NCBI RefSeq assembly: GCF_009914755.1 | Contig: NC_060926.1 | From: the human T2T-CHM13v2.0 reference genome, Homo sapiens | Strand: one strand, 5' to 3' | DNA: 64,000 bases | Shown here: positions 1 through 13,665 of the stretch, in pieces | Layout of the letters: each line of letters opens with the position of its first letter | Numbering within the stretch: the first letter of the stretch is position 1 | Made by a program: the position numbers and the translations under genes | The notes under the pieces: model-generated | What the model saw: only the letters and a program-made list of their open reading frames with translations | Database searches by the model: none | What the model was told of the DNA's origin: nothing

Positions 1-424
1 TGAAATGGTATTTGCGGTAGAAGAGATAGATGCTGAGCTGTTACTTCTTGTGATGCTATGAGGTATTTATAACAACAAAAGACCCTCTTGAAAATAAAAT
101 CAGCATCCAGTTTCTCAGCAACAAACAACCTTCAGACGCCACAAGCAGTATACTACCTTAAACACTAGTGTATCCTACAGATGTTACTAATTACTTCAGT
201 AAAATTTTATATTTTATTTATAAGCTGCGTCTACATTCGGATGCTACTTTCAGACTATTATTTCTCTTAATAAGCTCCTTTACCCTTATCTATAATAATG
301 AAGGTAAACCTGGAGAAAAATATTTTTCCAGCCTGTGTCTCCATCCTAAAATTCGAATCAAATCATAGCATATAAAACTCCTTAAGTTTGAAGTGTGGTA
401 CTTAGTTTTTAAAAAGGAAATATT

Positions 425-751
<327 letters not shown>

Positions 752-1759
752 TCAATAATGATTTTTTTTATTTTCCAAAGAGTATCACGGAGTTCACTTT
801 TCTCATTAAAAAATAATAATATGCATGTAGTGTTTGACATTTCCCTTGTGAGCTGCAAAATCTAGAAATCAGGGGACATTGCTGAAACATCTGTTATTTC
901 ACATTTTCCATTGAATGACTTCCATGATCAGATGGACAAAAGACAATTACTACCATGCTTTTAGTCATTAGAGGTATTACAGTTTCTAGTAGTTGGCTTT
1001 TTGATGTTTCTACTGTCTCTTGGTATAGGTATATCCAAAGTGGAACAGAGGTGATAAGTTATCTTAGTCTGCCTGGTGCACCAACTGGTATCATATTGGC
1101 CTGAAATATTTTTCTGTATGTCATAAAGCTCTTGGAATTAAGAGATTCTTTGCATGCAAAGTAAAACACAATCTATTGAGTTGTAACTCTGATGAAAAAT
1201 TTTGCTAAAATCTGAGACACATTATTTGTCAAATAAGATTTTGTGTTCTATGCCATATCAAAGAAACATGTTGACAAATGAAGAGTTAAGTAAATTACAC
1301 ATGAGATAAGTGTTTGTCTTGATTTGCTTGGGGGTATTGTGTATGTGTGTTTGTTTTTCTTTGTTTCAGTTTGTTTCTCTGGTTTGTTGTTTTTCTTATT
1401 ATGTCATGCCAAACAGTAAATTTGATAGATTAATTTTTTTTATCATGGTAGTGACCTAATTAGACAGGTTGTTTTATTTGCAGTTGTTTAGCACACAGTC
1501 ACATAGACACAGCCTAAATCAAGACTTTACATATTAAAAAAGTTAGAAATTTTAAAGAAACACTACACAAAACTGGGTAGAAATTGGAGAGTTCATAAAT
1601 AATCTACTCTGACTTCTGATTCCAAATCCACTTCCAAATTTTTGTTAGAGTTTTATGACATATTCTGTTAAAAAAAAAAAAAGACAAAAAGGTGTAAGAA
1701 ACACTCATTACGTGGCTTAAAAATGAACATTGAAATCACTCTGCTGATTCTGTTTTCCA

Positions 1760-2290
1760 CAGGCAGTCACAACAATACCTCCATCTCACATACCCTTCTT
1801 AAATGTGACTTGGACACTATTCCCATGAAGAAATGGTCTGTGTTTCCTACCTTAAAAATGGGCTGGCTTTGTGACTATTTTGACTAACAGTGTATGGCAG
1901 AAATGATGTTATTGACTTTTTGTGTCTAGGTCATTAATGACCAAGAAGCTTCTGCTTTGTTGGCTAAAATACTTGTTCCTGAAAGCTTGCAAGAAGTCTG
2001 ACTGCATTGAGGCCACCATGCTGTAAGGCAGACTAAACCCACCCAAAAGAAGAAGCTGCATGGAGAGGCCATGAGGCTACACAAAGAGTGAGAGATGATG
2101 GCAGCCTCCAGCTGCTTCGACCTCCCATCCTCCAGCTCTAGCACTAGCTGTAGCAAACAACTGGCCACAACACTAGGAAAGACCACCCAGCTCAGACCAT
2201 TCCCAAATTCCAACCCACAGGAATCCATGAGAAGTCATAAAACAACGGTTATGTTTATAACCCCAAAGATTTGGGAGATCATTTATAGAT
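1760..2290 (+). mobile_element. MLT1-family (ERVL-MaLR) solo LTR, old subfamily (MLT1F-H-like)
   Basis: Motifs GCTTTGTGACTATTTTGACTAACAG..TATGGCAGAAATGATG and CCAAATTCCAACCCACAG resemble MLT1; boundaries approximate. Confidence 0.7.
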
Positions 2291-2426
2291 CATTCATTTA
2301 TTAAGCAAATGTTTACTGAATGTCCAGTCTGTGCTGGGCAATATCCTAAGTACAAAATCCTGCAAGGATTTTTTTTTCTCAAAGGAGTTTAATCCCTCTA
2401 TCCTCTCTGCTTCCATGGCTCTTTAG

Positions 2427-2517
2427 ATTGGTAATATAGCATTTATTTATTTTGTCCATATTGGTAATACAGCATTTATTCTTTGGTCCATATTGGTAAT
2501 ACAGCATATTTTTCCAT
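2427..2517. repeat. Three-copy ~32-bp tandem repeat (ATTGGTAATAYAGCAT...TCCAT)
   Basis: Units at 2427-2459, 2460-2491 and 2492-2517 read directly. Confidence 0.9.
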
Positions 2518-3499
2518 ATTCTATAAGTTGTATACATGTTTGATTATACAATTCTAAATTCAGGATCTGATTCTGAATTAATTTTATTTGCCTCTATAGT
2601 GTTCCTAGTGTACGTAAGTGTTGATATATAGCACCTATCTGGATAAAAAAAATTGATGCAGGAAAATTAATACCATTAGCCCCCATGATACAAATTAAAC
2701 TAATATTCTTGAGACATAATTTATTTAAAATAGCTGAAGTCTTCAACTGAAGGAAAGGAAATACTTTTTAAAAAACATTTGAATATGTGATTATTCCTTA
2801 CAGCAGTCAAAAGAGAAAGAAATAAGTACTTCTCAAAGATTCTAGTAATTAGTAAACAAGCCACGAGGTACTTAAAATTACCTTAAACCAGTTTTATTTT
2901 GTCAAATAGTCTGTTACTACAGCTATAGATAATTTTGTTCTAAGTGTAGCTTAAAACTAAAATGTGCCCTGGATAAGATAAAAAGTAGTGTCTGGGCGTC
3001 CTCATTACAATCTTCCTTCCTACCACTAGTCTATGCTGTTGCACTAAGTACTGAATGCTTGTTCAGTGTCCATAGGAATGTGGGGAGGATCACTTTTGTC
3101 TAAGATTTGTTACTCAGATGGGAAAAAGTCAAATGCCTTATTTTTTCCCCAAAATAGAAGCAGGCAATTTATAAACAATTCTGTTCACGAAAAAATGTAT
3201 TCTGAATTCATAAATTTAAGTTATATGTTTTAACTATGTCAATTAGAAAAGGAAAATATTATGGGGGTGGGGCCTCCCTTTCTAATTTTGAAAAGAAGGA
3301 ATCTAATCGTCATAGTTAAGCACTCTTACTTACAATGTTGAGTTTTTGTTAATTTCTCCTGGTCCTCTGCCTCACTTTGATCTGCATTTAATGAGTTACA
3401 AATCCTGTGAATTTTACCTCAGCGCTGTTTTTTCCACCTAGCCCATTTTCTCCCCTTTGTATTAACACAGTTTAAAACCTCAATGTCTATAAACTGCAC

Positions 3500-4060
<561 letters not shown>

Positions 4061-5465
4061 CTACTTCTGTAACTTATGGCTGGAAGGGACTTTAAAATTC
4101 CATCTACTCCATGTTTAATGCTTCATTCTCCCTTAACATTTGCAAAGTTGTCACTAGCCTATGTTGGAACATCTCCAATGACTGTCACAATAGTCTTCTA
4201 TCTCTCAACTCCAACTCACCCTATGCTCTGCCAGATTCATTGTTTTCAAAAAGCTTTTTGTCATAATCTCCCTCAGCTCAAATAAACAACTAGCATTTCC
4301 AAACAGAGCAACTACAACCACTTCAAACATCCTAAACTCCCTCCAACCCTGGCTATTCACACGCTTCAGTTCACAACTTCCATCCAGAATCCTACTTCTC
4401 TGATTGTCCTCATGGGGAAAGTATGCTATTTCCTTCATCCTACAAGATGCTTCTCACTGACTCTATCCATATTCTTCTCATCCTTCAAGAGCCAAGTCAA
4501 ATCTCTCTGCTTCCAATAAGCCTTCCTTGCTACACTCAGGTAAATGTAATCTCTCCATCTCCTGGCGAATGTCTGAATTTCTTTTTCCGTGCTATGCCTG
4601 GTGTGACAGGGAGTCAGGGCCAAAGATGATCTAACAAAGTCAGAACATGATAATCCAAGTACAGAAGATCATTTCATCAATACAGGCTCTAAGAAACAGT
4701 CTAGCAGTGGGTGACTGCTAGACTGTTTATGAGAATATGAGAATGAAGGCCAAAAGGATTCACAAGAGGGGATCAAGAGATTTTCAAGGAACTTCTGGAA
4801 GGCAAATCTAAGGAAGAATCCAAAATCAGAAACCAAAAAGCATAGTCAGGAGTTAAAGAACTTAGAGGAGCAGAGCACAAAGTTGTACATCGTATGTGGT
4901 TTTATCTTGGGTTGATTCTTCTAGTTTTCATTAGGATGACCACACATCACGTATGATTTAAAGATGTTGCTTTGCCTCTTACAATTTGCACAGCTTTTGC
5001 CACCCATTATTTTCTATGATATATTATAATTATACATCTGACAAAATTCTGAAATTGGCAGCTGTGACTACTTATGCTCTGGACTTATCTATAAATCTTT
5101 TAAGGATAGTCACAATTTTGTCTGTGTCTCTCTAAGAATCTTGCAGTGTTTTAACATAAAACATGATGAAGAAGTATTTGATGAGTGTATGCATGCATAT
5201 ATAGATGGATGAAAACATTAAAAAAAAAACTTGAGCTCCATCATTTCTGAATGTATAACCAATCCTCCAAAATGTCTGAAGTTAAATGACTGGCTCTTAA
5301 TAAACCTTTTTGAGGCATCCACACTACCATATTTTACTAATTACTAAGTGTTTTCTAAACTGTGTGTGACAGGTTTTTAGTTAATTGAACCAAATATTTG
5401 ACCAGATTTGAAGAATAGTTTTTCAAAGTAGTTTTTGATGAGGCCATATCTTGAAGTTTGTTACC

Positions 5466-5897
5466 TGTTAAATTAAAATGAAGACCAGGCCTGAAGAATC
5501 CCTGAGCAGCTAAAACGAGTAGACCTCATTAGTGACCTAAGGGTTGCTGGGTTTGCAAACAGAAGTGAAACTTAACTTGGGGTGATTTCTTGTAAATGCC
5601 TATATTAGAAAGAAAACAAAACTTAAGCTCAACCAATCAAAAGTAGCCAAAACCTTAGAAAATTATTAATATAATTAGGGACGTTCCAATAGGATATACC
5701 AAATAAGGCAACTGTATAACTATAACCAATCAAATATTGTGCTTGCTTTATTTCTGTGTCTGTTCTGTAAAAGCCTCCCCTTTGGATTCCCTCAGTGGAG
5801 CTCATGAACTGCTTTTGGTTTGGAGCTTCCTGATTCTCAAGTGAGTGCTCAAATAAGCTCTCTAACATTTTATTATGCCTCAGTTTACCTTCTAACA
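5466..5897 (+). mobile_element. ERV1 (MER4-group-like) solo LTR
   Basis: TG...CA termini; repeated CCAAT boxes (AACCAATCA), CCAAATAAGGCA and end CCTCAGTTTACCTTCTAACA; near-perfect 4-bp TSD TACC/TAAC. Confidence 0.75.
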
Positions 5898-7224
5898 TAA
5901 CTGAACTCATTTGACTTTGTATAAAGTAAAAATATCATAAACCTTAAAACTATCACCAGTCCAATATTTTAGGAAGCATTTTATTAGTTACAAATATAAA
6001 CCACCCACCTATTATTATAAACTGAAATACCAAGAGTAAACTGAAGATCATCAGGGTCATAGCATCACTATGGAGATTAAGTACTGCACTCTTTCACTAT
6101 CATAAGTGATGATTTACACTTGTAAAGAAAAAGATCCAGGAGAAATATTCAGCCTGAGTGTATGTGTGTGTGTGTGTGTGTTTTTTTTTAGTTCTCAAAA
6201 GGAGAAAACATATAAACTGATATAGTACTGGATAAAACCACAGACTACTAGGTAGCTCAGGATGCAAAAACAAACAAAGATTAAAATTCCAAACTGAAAT
6301 ATTTGAGAAATAATTATCCTTTGGTAAAACTCGCTGTCAAGAAGAAATTCATTTTTAATCATGAAATATATTTTTCCTATGCTATTTTTGCTTTGCTTTA
6401 ATTTGCTATTTAGCAATGCCTGAAATATTAATAATTTGTTTAATAAATTCCTTCTAACTCTTAATAGATTTTTAATGAAGAAATCTGTCTTAGAGATCTG
6501 TCAAGAATTGATATTGCATACTTTCTGAAAGCGTTAAATTATTGACCTGCTGAACAGTTTCATTTGAACCTCTATCCTTTTCTTGCCATTTTCTATGTTC
6601 AGATATTCTTAGAAGCTTTGTGAAATGTAAAAATTATTGATCCTATAAGCCATAATAACAGGTATTTTAGGAATAAGAAGAAAAATGTTTCATCCACATA
6701 GTCAATTTATAAAAAATAAAATCTTTTATTCCAGATTAAAATGGTAAATCACTTGTAATTAGCCTGATAGGTAAAATAAACCCATACTACTTAAAACCAT
6801 GAATGAAGATAGAGGAAAAAAAAAAAAAACATTCCCATGGGGGCCCCATCGTTGATCTATTTTCTACAAAACACGTAGCTAGCTATTCCTACATGGCTGC
6901 CTAAATGCCAGAGCTGTAACAGCTCCAGATAAATCCCTTTCTCCATGCAGATTTTCAACACTGGGAAGGTCAGCTCTGGAGTTCAACAAAGTCAAGGTGC
7001 ATTCTATCAGAATGGCTGAGATGCTGACTCCCCTATTGTACTCTTCCCTGGATTATGACAATAAAACACAACGCTCAGCTTTGAAAATAAGTAAACTTGT
7101 GAAGACAGGAAATGTGTGACACTTTCATACCCCAGTCTCTTCATGACCCCAAGAGAAATTCATACAGGGTTTATCTCTGTAGATTTTGAAGACAAAATGG
7201 ATCATGACAAGCCTGTAATATTTG

Positions 7225-7400
7225 CCATCAATCAGATCTGGATTTAATCCCCGGCTTCTCTATTTACTAAATATTTGACTTTTTTATCATTTGTTTATCT
7301 GAATGTGTTTCTTTATAATGTTTCCAACCTTATAGGACTGAGGGAAAGATTAAAGGAGATAAAGTATACATTTTCAAATGTTTGTTACCCAACCCAACAC
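7225..7400 (+). mobile_element. MIR fragment
   Basis: TCAGATCTGGATTTAATCCCCGGC..ATTTACTA..GATTAAAGGAGATAA resembles MIR. Confidence 0.55.
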
Positions 7401-9497
7401 ATAATTACTGCTTAATAAAAACTGGTGGCTATGGTAGTGGTGATGGTTGATCCCTGCCCCCAACATAAGTTCCAAAGCCAATACTACAGAAAAGGATGAA
7501 ATACTGTGAATTAATCCCTTAGAAAAGCTCTCACTAGATGTCATCCTCTTACACCTAAAGGACTAACCAATGTTGAGATTAAAACTCAGAGATTTGGTTT
7601 TAAGTCTGCTATGGCCCAGGAACACAGAGTTTGCAGACTAGGCCCAAATGCCCAGTTAGAACCAGTGAGCAATAAACAGTATTGGGGAATGATTTTAAGA
7701 TTGGGTCAGACAGACTTGAGTTCTCTAGGGTTTTTTGGGTCTTTTTTTTTTTTTTAAACATTTCTCAACGGAGCAATCATGGGAAATCTGCTTGAATTTT
7801 CTACATCTCAGTTTCCTCATCGGCAAAATATGAAAATCATTACATCTCATTACTCTCACCAGTTACTTCATGGTAATATTAGCAACATAGTTTGGATTAA
7901 GATCCTCAGAGATATTCTAGATTATAAACATTATGCTTTTTGTGACTCTGTGTTTCAGAGTTTCCCAAGCTATATGTCCCTAGAGACTTGTTCTGAGAGA
8001 TGCTCTGACAAAAGAAAATAAGAGTTAAGTTCCATGGTTAAATACATTTGGGAAACACTACACCCTTTTTGGAGAGTCACAGTTAACATTGGCATATTGA
8101 AAGCCTTGAGAAATCCCACAATATAGATAACACAGACAGTGCTGATGCATTCTGATGGTCGCAGAAACCAGCTCTGACCAACCCACACCCATTGTAAGGA
8201 GTTGCTTGGCCCCACAAAGGGAATCTACTTTGTAACTATTAAGTGGACTTCCACCTTTGTTTTTCTCTCTTAAGGTTGCCCTGATTCATTCAAAGAGGTA
8301 AGTACTGGAAAGAGGGAAAATGACATATAAAAGAACTAGATAAACTTGAAGGCATTAGCATAATTCATGTGCATCAATGGAGCCTGGATAGTTTACAGTG
8401 ATAATCACATACATTTATGGATATAATTGGGGATTCCGTGAACATTTAATTACCGACAAATGGACTGAAATCTGAAAATCAGACCAAACCAGACTGAAAT
8501 CTGATTTCCAAGAAAAAAATCAGGAATGTTACTGTTGTACTTTTTAGGACCTAGCAAAACAGCAGGGCTTGTCAATTGATACATTATGTATAAGACTTAA
8601 TGCTATTCACTGGGAATATAATGAGTTATAAGAGATAACCTGCTCTCCTAGAAGAGTGCTTAGCACATAATAGGCCTTTAGTAAATATTTGCTAAATATA
8701 GGAGCACATTAAAACACAAATCTTACTAGACCCCATAAAAGGGCTGGATTTACAATACAAAATGAAAAGAAGACAATGCAGGTATCTTTTATTAATGCCT
8801 AGTATTAACTGATATAAATGCACAGCAAATAGTTTCAAATTTTCAGCTAGATTCTAACTTCTCAGTTGTATAAAGAATTATGGATGAAATTAGCAAAAGA
8901 GCTAGTTTAGGTTTTGCATGGAAAAATCCTGCAATTTTGGTATAGATCTACAAGTGAACAAGCCATGTGTCTTATCTAATTAATTCAGACATCTGGGTTC
9001 ATACTTTGAGTGATGACATGGCTGGTGGAGTCCAAGAGTGTCCAAGGGACACATTACTGCATGAAAACACTCAAAGTTTGGGTTGGAGTTCATCAGAGGG
9101 ATAAGCAAGTCCAGCTTTCAGGAAGAAGTTTTTTTTTTCATACAAAAGACTAAAACTTGAGGATAGAGTGAAGTAATTAACCAAAACAGGGAGGAGCACA
9201 AATATAAGGGAGAAGAGCAGCTCATAAGCTCAGAGGCAAAACCCAGCTCAGAAACAGAGAGGAAATCAGAAAAGAGCTGGGAAGGACATATTTGATGACA
9301 CCAAGAAATTTTGTATAAAGAGTTTCTTATGGTTTAGTTGGATATTTGTAATTTGACTAAAGAGCAACCGCTTTTGTTACAAGACTATTTTCTGGCAGCC
9401 AAATAGCTTCTGGTATGCTGGGAAATTCAAAGCAAAGAAAGAATTAACTCATACAAATTGCTTAGAACAGGAATGGAATGCATTTACCCTTATGGGC

Positions 9498-9848
9498 TGT
9501 TATGGACTAAATATTTGTATCCCGAGATTCATATATTAAAACCCTTACCCCTAATGTGACGGTATTAGAAGGTGGGGACTTTGGGACATGATGGTGAAGC
9601 CCTCTTGAATGGAATTAGTGCTCTTATTAAAAAGATCCCAGAAAGATCCCTCACTCTTTCCACCATGTGAGGACACAGCAAGAAGACAAGCTGTCTATGA
9701 ACCAGGAAGTGGGCCTCCTCAGACACTGAATCTGCTGGAACCTGCATCTGAGATTCTCAGCCAGCAGGACTGTGAAAAACAAATGCTTGTTGTTTAAACC
9801 ATACGGTCTATGATATTTTTGTTATAGCAGCCTGAACAGACTGAAACA
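9498..9848 (+). mobile_element. MLT1A-type (ERVL-MaLR) solo LTR
   Basis: TGTTATGGACTAAAT start, CCATGTGAGGACACAG core and TTTGTTATAGCAGCC...ACA end; 5-bp TSD TGGGC/TGGAC. Confidence 0.9.
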
Positions 9849-10889
9849 TGGACATTCTAAGATCATGAGAGGCCAGAACACACTGGATTTAGAGCATGAG
9901 GCCTGGGATTCAATCTTGGCCCTACCAATTTATTTCTAGTTATTTTACATTACGCAAGTCATGGAAACTCATGAGTTTTAAAGACTTACCTAGTTGGTAA
10001 TAGGTATTTTATAGGGATTACGTAAAGGTTAAATGACTGTCTATAAAAGTGCTTTTTAAATTACTTCCTACATAATAAGTGCTAAAAAAGTAGTTTTCCA
10101 AATATTTCCTCATCAAAAGATTATTAGCAATTTTTTTTATTTGATAGGAATGGGCCAATGTATCTAAATCTCCTTTTTCTGTTTTCAGGAGAAATTTATC
10201 TGCCAACTAAATTACAGAGGAATAAAGTTGAATAAGGAGGGCAGTTTTGTGGCCTAGCTAGATATCTCCCTGACTTTAAATTTTGCTCTTATATGTGATA
10301 TTATATTGCACCCAAATATTTCTAAAACTTTAGATGCACTTTTCACTGCAACTTTACTATGATCTTCATTGTTTTGTTCAATATATGTTTATAATAATAT
10401 TAGGATATTTTCACAAATTATACATACTCTTTGCATGTTTTAATACTGCAGAGACATATGGAATATTAGGATACCAAATTGGATTTTTTTCATGCCAAAC
10501 TGTAGCATTTAAAAAAATACTGTTTCTATATCATATTTCAGTTTAAAGTACTTTTTAATGGGGCTTAATAATATTTATATGTAAGTATTTAATAAAGCCT
10601 TAATTGAATAAGTCATGTTAAAATGTAACCACAATAAGTTATTAGCTTGCCTATATAAATGCCAACAAAAATAATGCCAATTTACTTGTCTAATTCTTAA
10701 GTCAAACACAAAATTGCTTAATACATTAAAGAGAAAAAACGTCAACTTTTCAAACAAAAAATTTATTTTATAGAATATTAATGTTTTGAAACTTCAAGAA
10801 TATCTACTTCTGAAATTAGGATCCTCTGTCCATTAGTCAATTAAATATATGTGCACAATTAAATACATCTGTATTAATTTCTAATAAAC

Positions 10890-11080
10890 ATGAGGCTCTG
10901 AGGTCAGATAGCCAAGATCCCAATGTTTACTATTTGTGGCACTTAACCTTACTTTTTTTTTTTTTTACTTAGGTTCCTTATCAGAAAAAATGGAAATTAT
11001 CTCATAAAATGACTACATGAATTGTATAAAGTGTTTTAGCCTAGGACATAGCACACAGTAAAACCTTAGTTAATATCAGC
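10890..11080 (+). mobile_element. MIR fragment
   Basis: GCTCTGAGGTCAGA..ACTTAACC..TGTATAAAGTGTTTTAG..GCACACAGTAA. Confidence 0.55.
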
Positions 11081-12424
11081 TCTGTAGGACTAATAATATA
11101 ACTCTATCCCGATTCATTTTTTTAACCTATACAATTTAAAAATAATTTAAACTACATCAGGGCTTAGGTAAGGCCTGAAATATTACATTATACTTAATTA
11201 TAGATGACGACCTCTGCTATGAGTCTTTTGTAAAGGTATTTTTCACACCTAGTATCATCCTGGTGCCTCATCTCCTTAGGTAAAACTTCTTCTTCATCCA
11301 AATATCCGAAAAGGTGTTAAACAACTCAGGTAAGACTTCTCATTTAAGGTCACTCTAATTACAGCAGCAACAACAGATGTATATACATTCACTAATAAAA
11401 GAATAATTTGTGGTTGTGTCCCTCTGAAAGTTAAGCCAGAAAATTTTAGATTTTATTGAGACATAAAAAGAAACATTGCTCTCCAAGTCAAATTCTCTAT
11501 TATTAAAATATGTCATCCTTTATGAATTTCATAAATAGCAAACCCAGGAACAGAGTAACCATTTTAAAAAGTCTGGAGGGGATTCCATAACAACATTTAA
11601 ATACATTACTACTCAAACAATTTGATTGGATTATAAAATATTTGAAGCTGCAGCTGTAGTTGTGATGTTTACTGTTGATTATTTTGATTTCAAGATCCTC
11701 ACACAAAAAATACAAGTTTACAGAACTATTTATATTAAATAAGTGCACTGTAAAATGAAATGTACATAATATATATTTACCTAAAAAGGACAAAATTAGA
11801 AATAGCAAAATAAAATCATAGTTCTTTAAAAGTTCTATCTCCGAATAGGAATAGTTACCTCAAAACCAAAAAGACTAAATACATGTTCTAGTTGAAAATG
11901 TATTGAAAACTAAGCAAAAGACATTAATGTGAGTTCTGGTTATCATAAAACTTTACAATAGTGAACTACACATGATTCTACATAAATCTAAAAACATTTT
12001 GCAAACATGAAAGCATTTATAACCTAACAACTATAAAGTAATAATTCTATTATTTTATTTTTGAAGATCAGGCCCAGAATTATATAATGAGATTTGACTT
12101 CAAAGTGGCAAGTTTTATCAGCATGTTCTACCATCACATATTTAAAGAAATCAGGTGAATGGATTAAAAAAATAAAGATACAATAATTATATACATATGT
12201 GCTCCCTAGGATGGTAAAATAATATGGGGAAAAATGCAGCTGAAAGATTTCCACTGTACCCAACTCCACTTCCCTACCAAAGCAGAAGATGGAACAATGA
12301 TGACTAGAAATCTTCATGAACAAGAGGAAATTCCAGTTTCTAACTGAAACCTTACTATAAACAGTTATCTGCGATAAGCTGTATTTGTCATAAAAGGCTC
12401 AAGCTGCATTGACAGATCTTACAT

Positions 12425-13161
<737 letters not shown>

Positions 13162-13479
13162 TCAACTATAAACAACTGCATTTAACTTCAGGTTAGCCTA
13201 TAAGTTTTGAATATTCACTATATCGACCCACCCTCCTTAAGCCCAATGATAATAATAATAATAATAGCACTACAATTTTTTTCATGTATGATATTGGTTT
13301 TCAATTTTTTTAATTTTAAAAAACCTCTTTGTAATCACTAGCCCTATCTGACAAATGAGGAGGAAACTAATGCTTAGCTAATTAAGTATCTTGCCCAAAG
13401 TGATGCAGCTCATAAATAAGAAAGCTTAGACCATGTGTTTTACTAAGTCAGAGTAGAGAAAAGCCATTTACAGAAGTGT

Positions 13480-13665
13480 GGAGTGACTGTCTGGCTCTGA
13501 AATTGGACAGATGTAATTTCAAATTCCAGTTTCAACTCTTTGGAAAGTCACTTAAGTTCTTCTACCTTCTGTTTTCTCATTTGTAGAATAAGGATCATAG
13601 TAGTATCTGCTTCATAAGGCTGTTGTGGGAATCAAATAAACTAGCGTATGTAAAGTACTATTTTA
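13480..13665 (+). mobile_element. MIR
   Basis: GGAAAGTCACTTAA..CTGTTTTCTCATTTGTAGAAT..CATAAGGCTGTTGTGGGAATCAAATAA..TGTAAAGT; a second, antisense MIR piece lies at ~13340-13440. Confidence 0.7.

Noticed and set aside
2427-2517. CRISPR-like repeat array
   Set aside because: Eukaryotic context, no unique spacers and no cas genes; it is a simple tandem duplication
10189-10260. Strong plus-strand acceptor TCCTTTTTCTGTTTTCAG as a coding last exon
   Set aside because: All three frames stop within 23 codons and no peptide is recognisable; such motifs arise by chance in T-rich DNA
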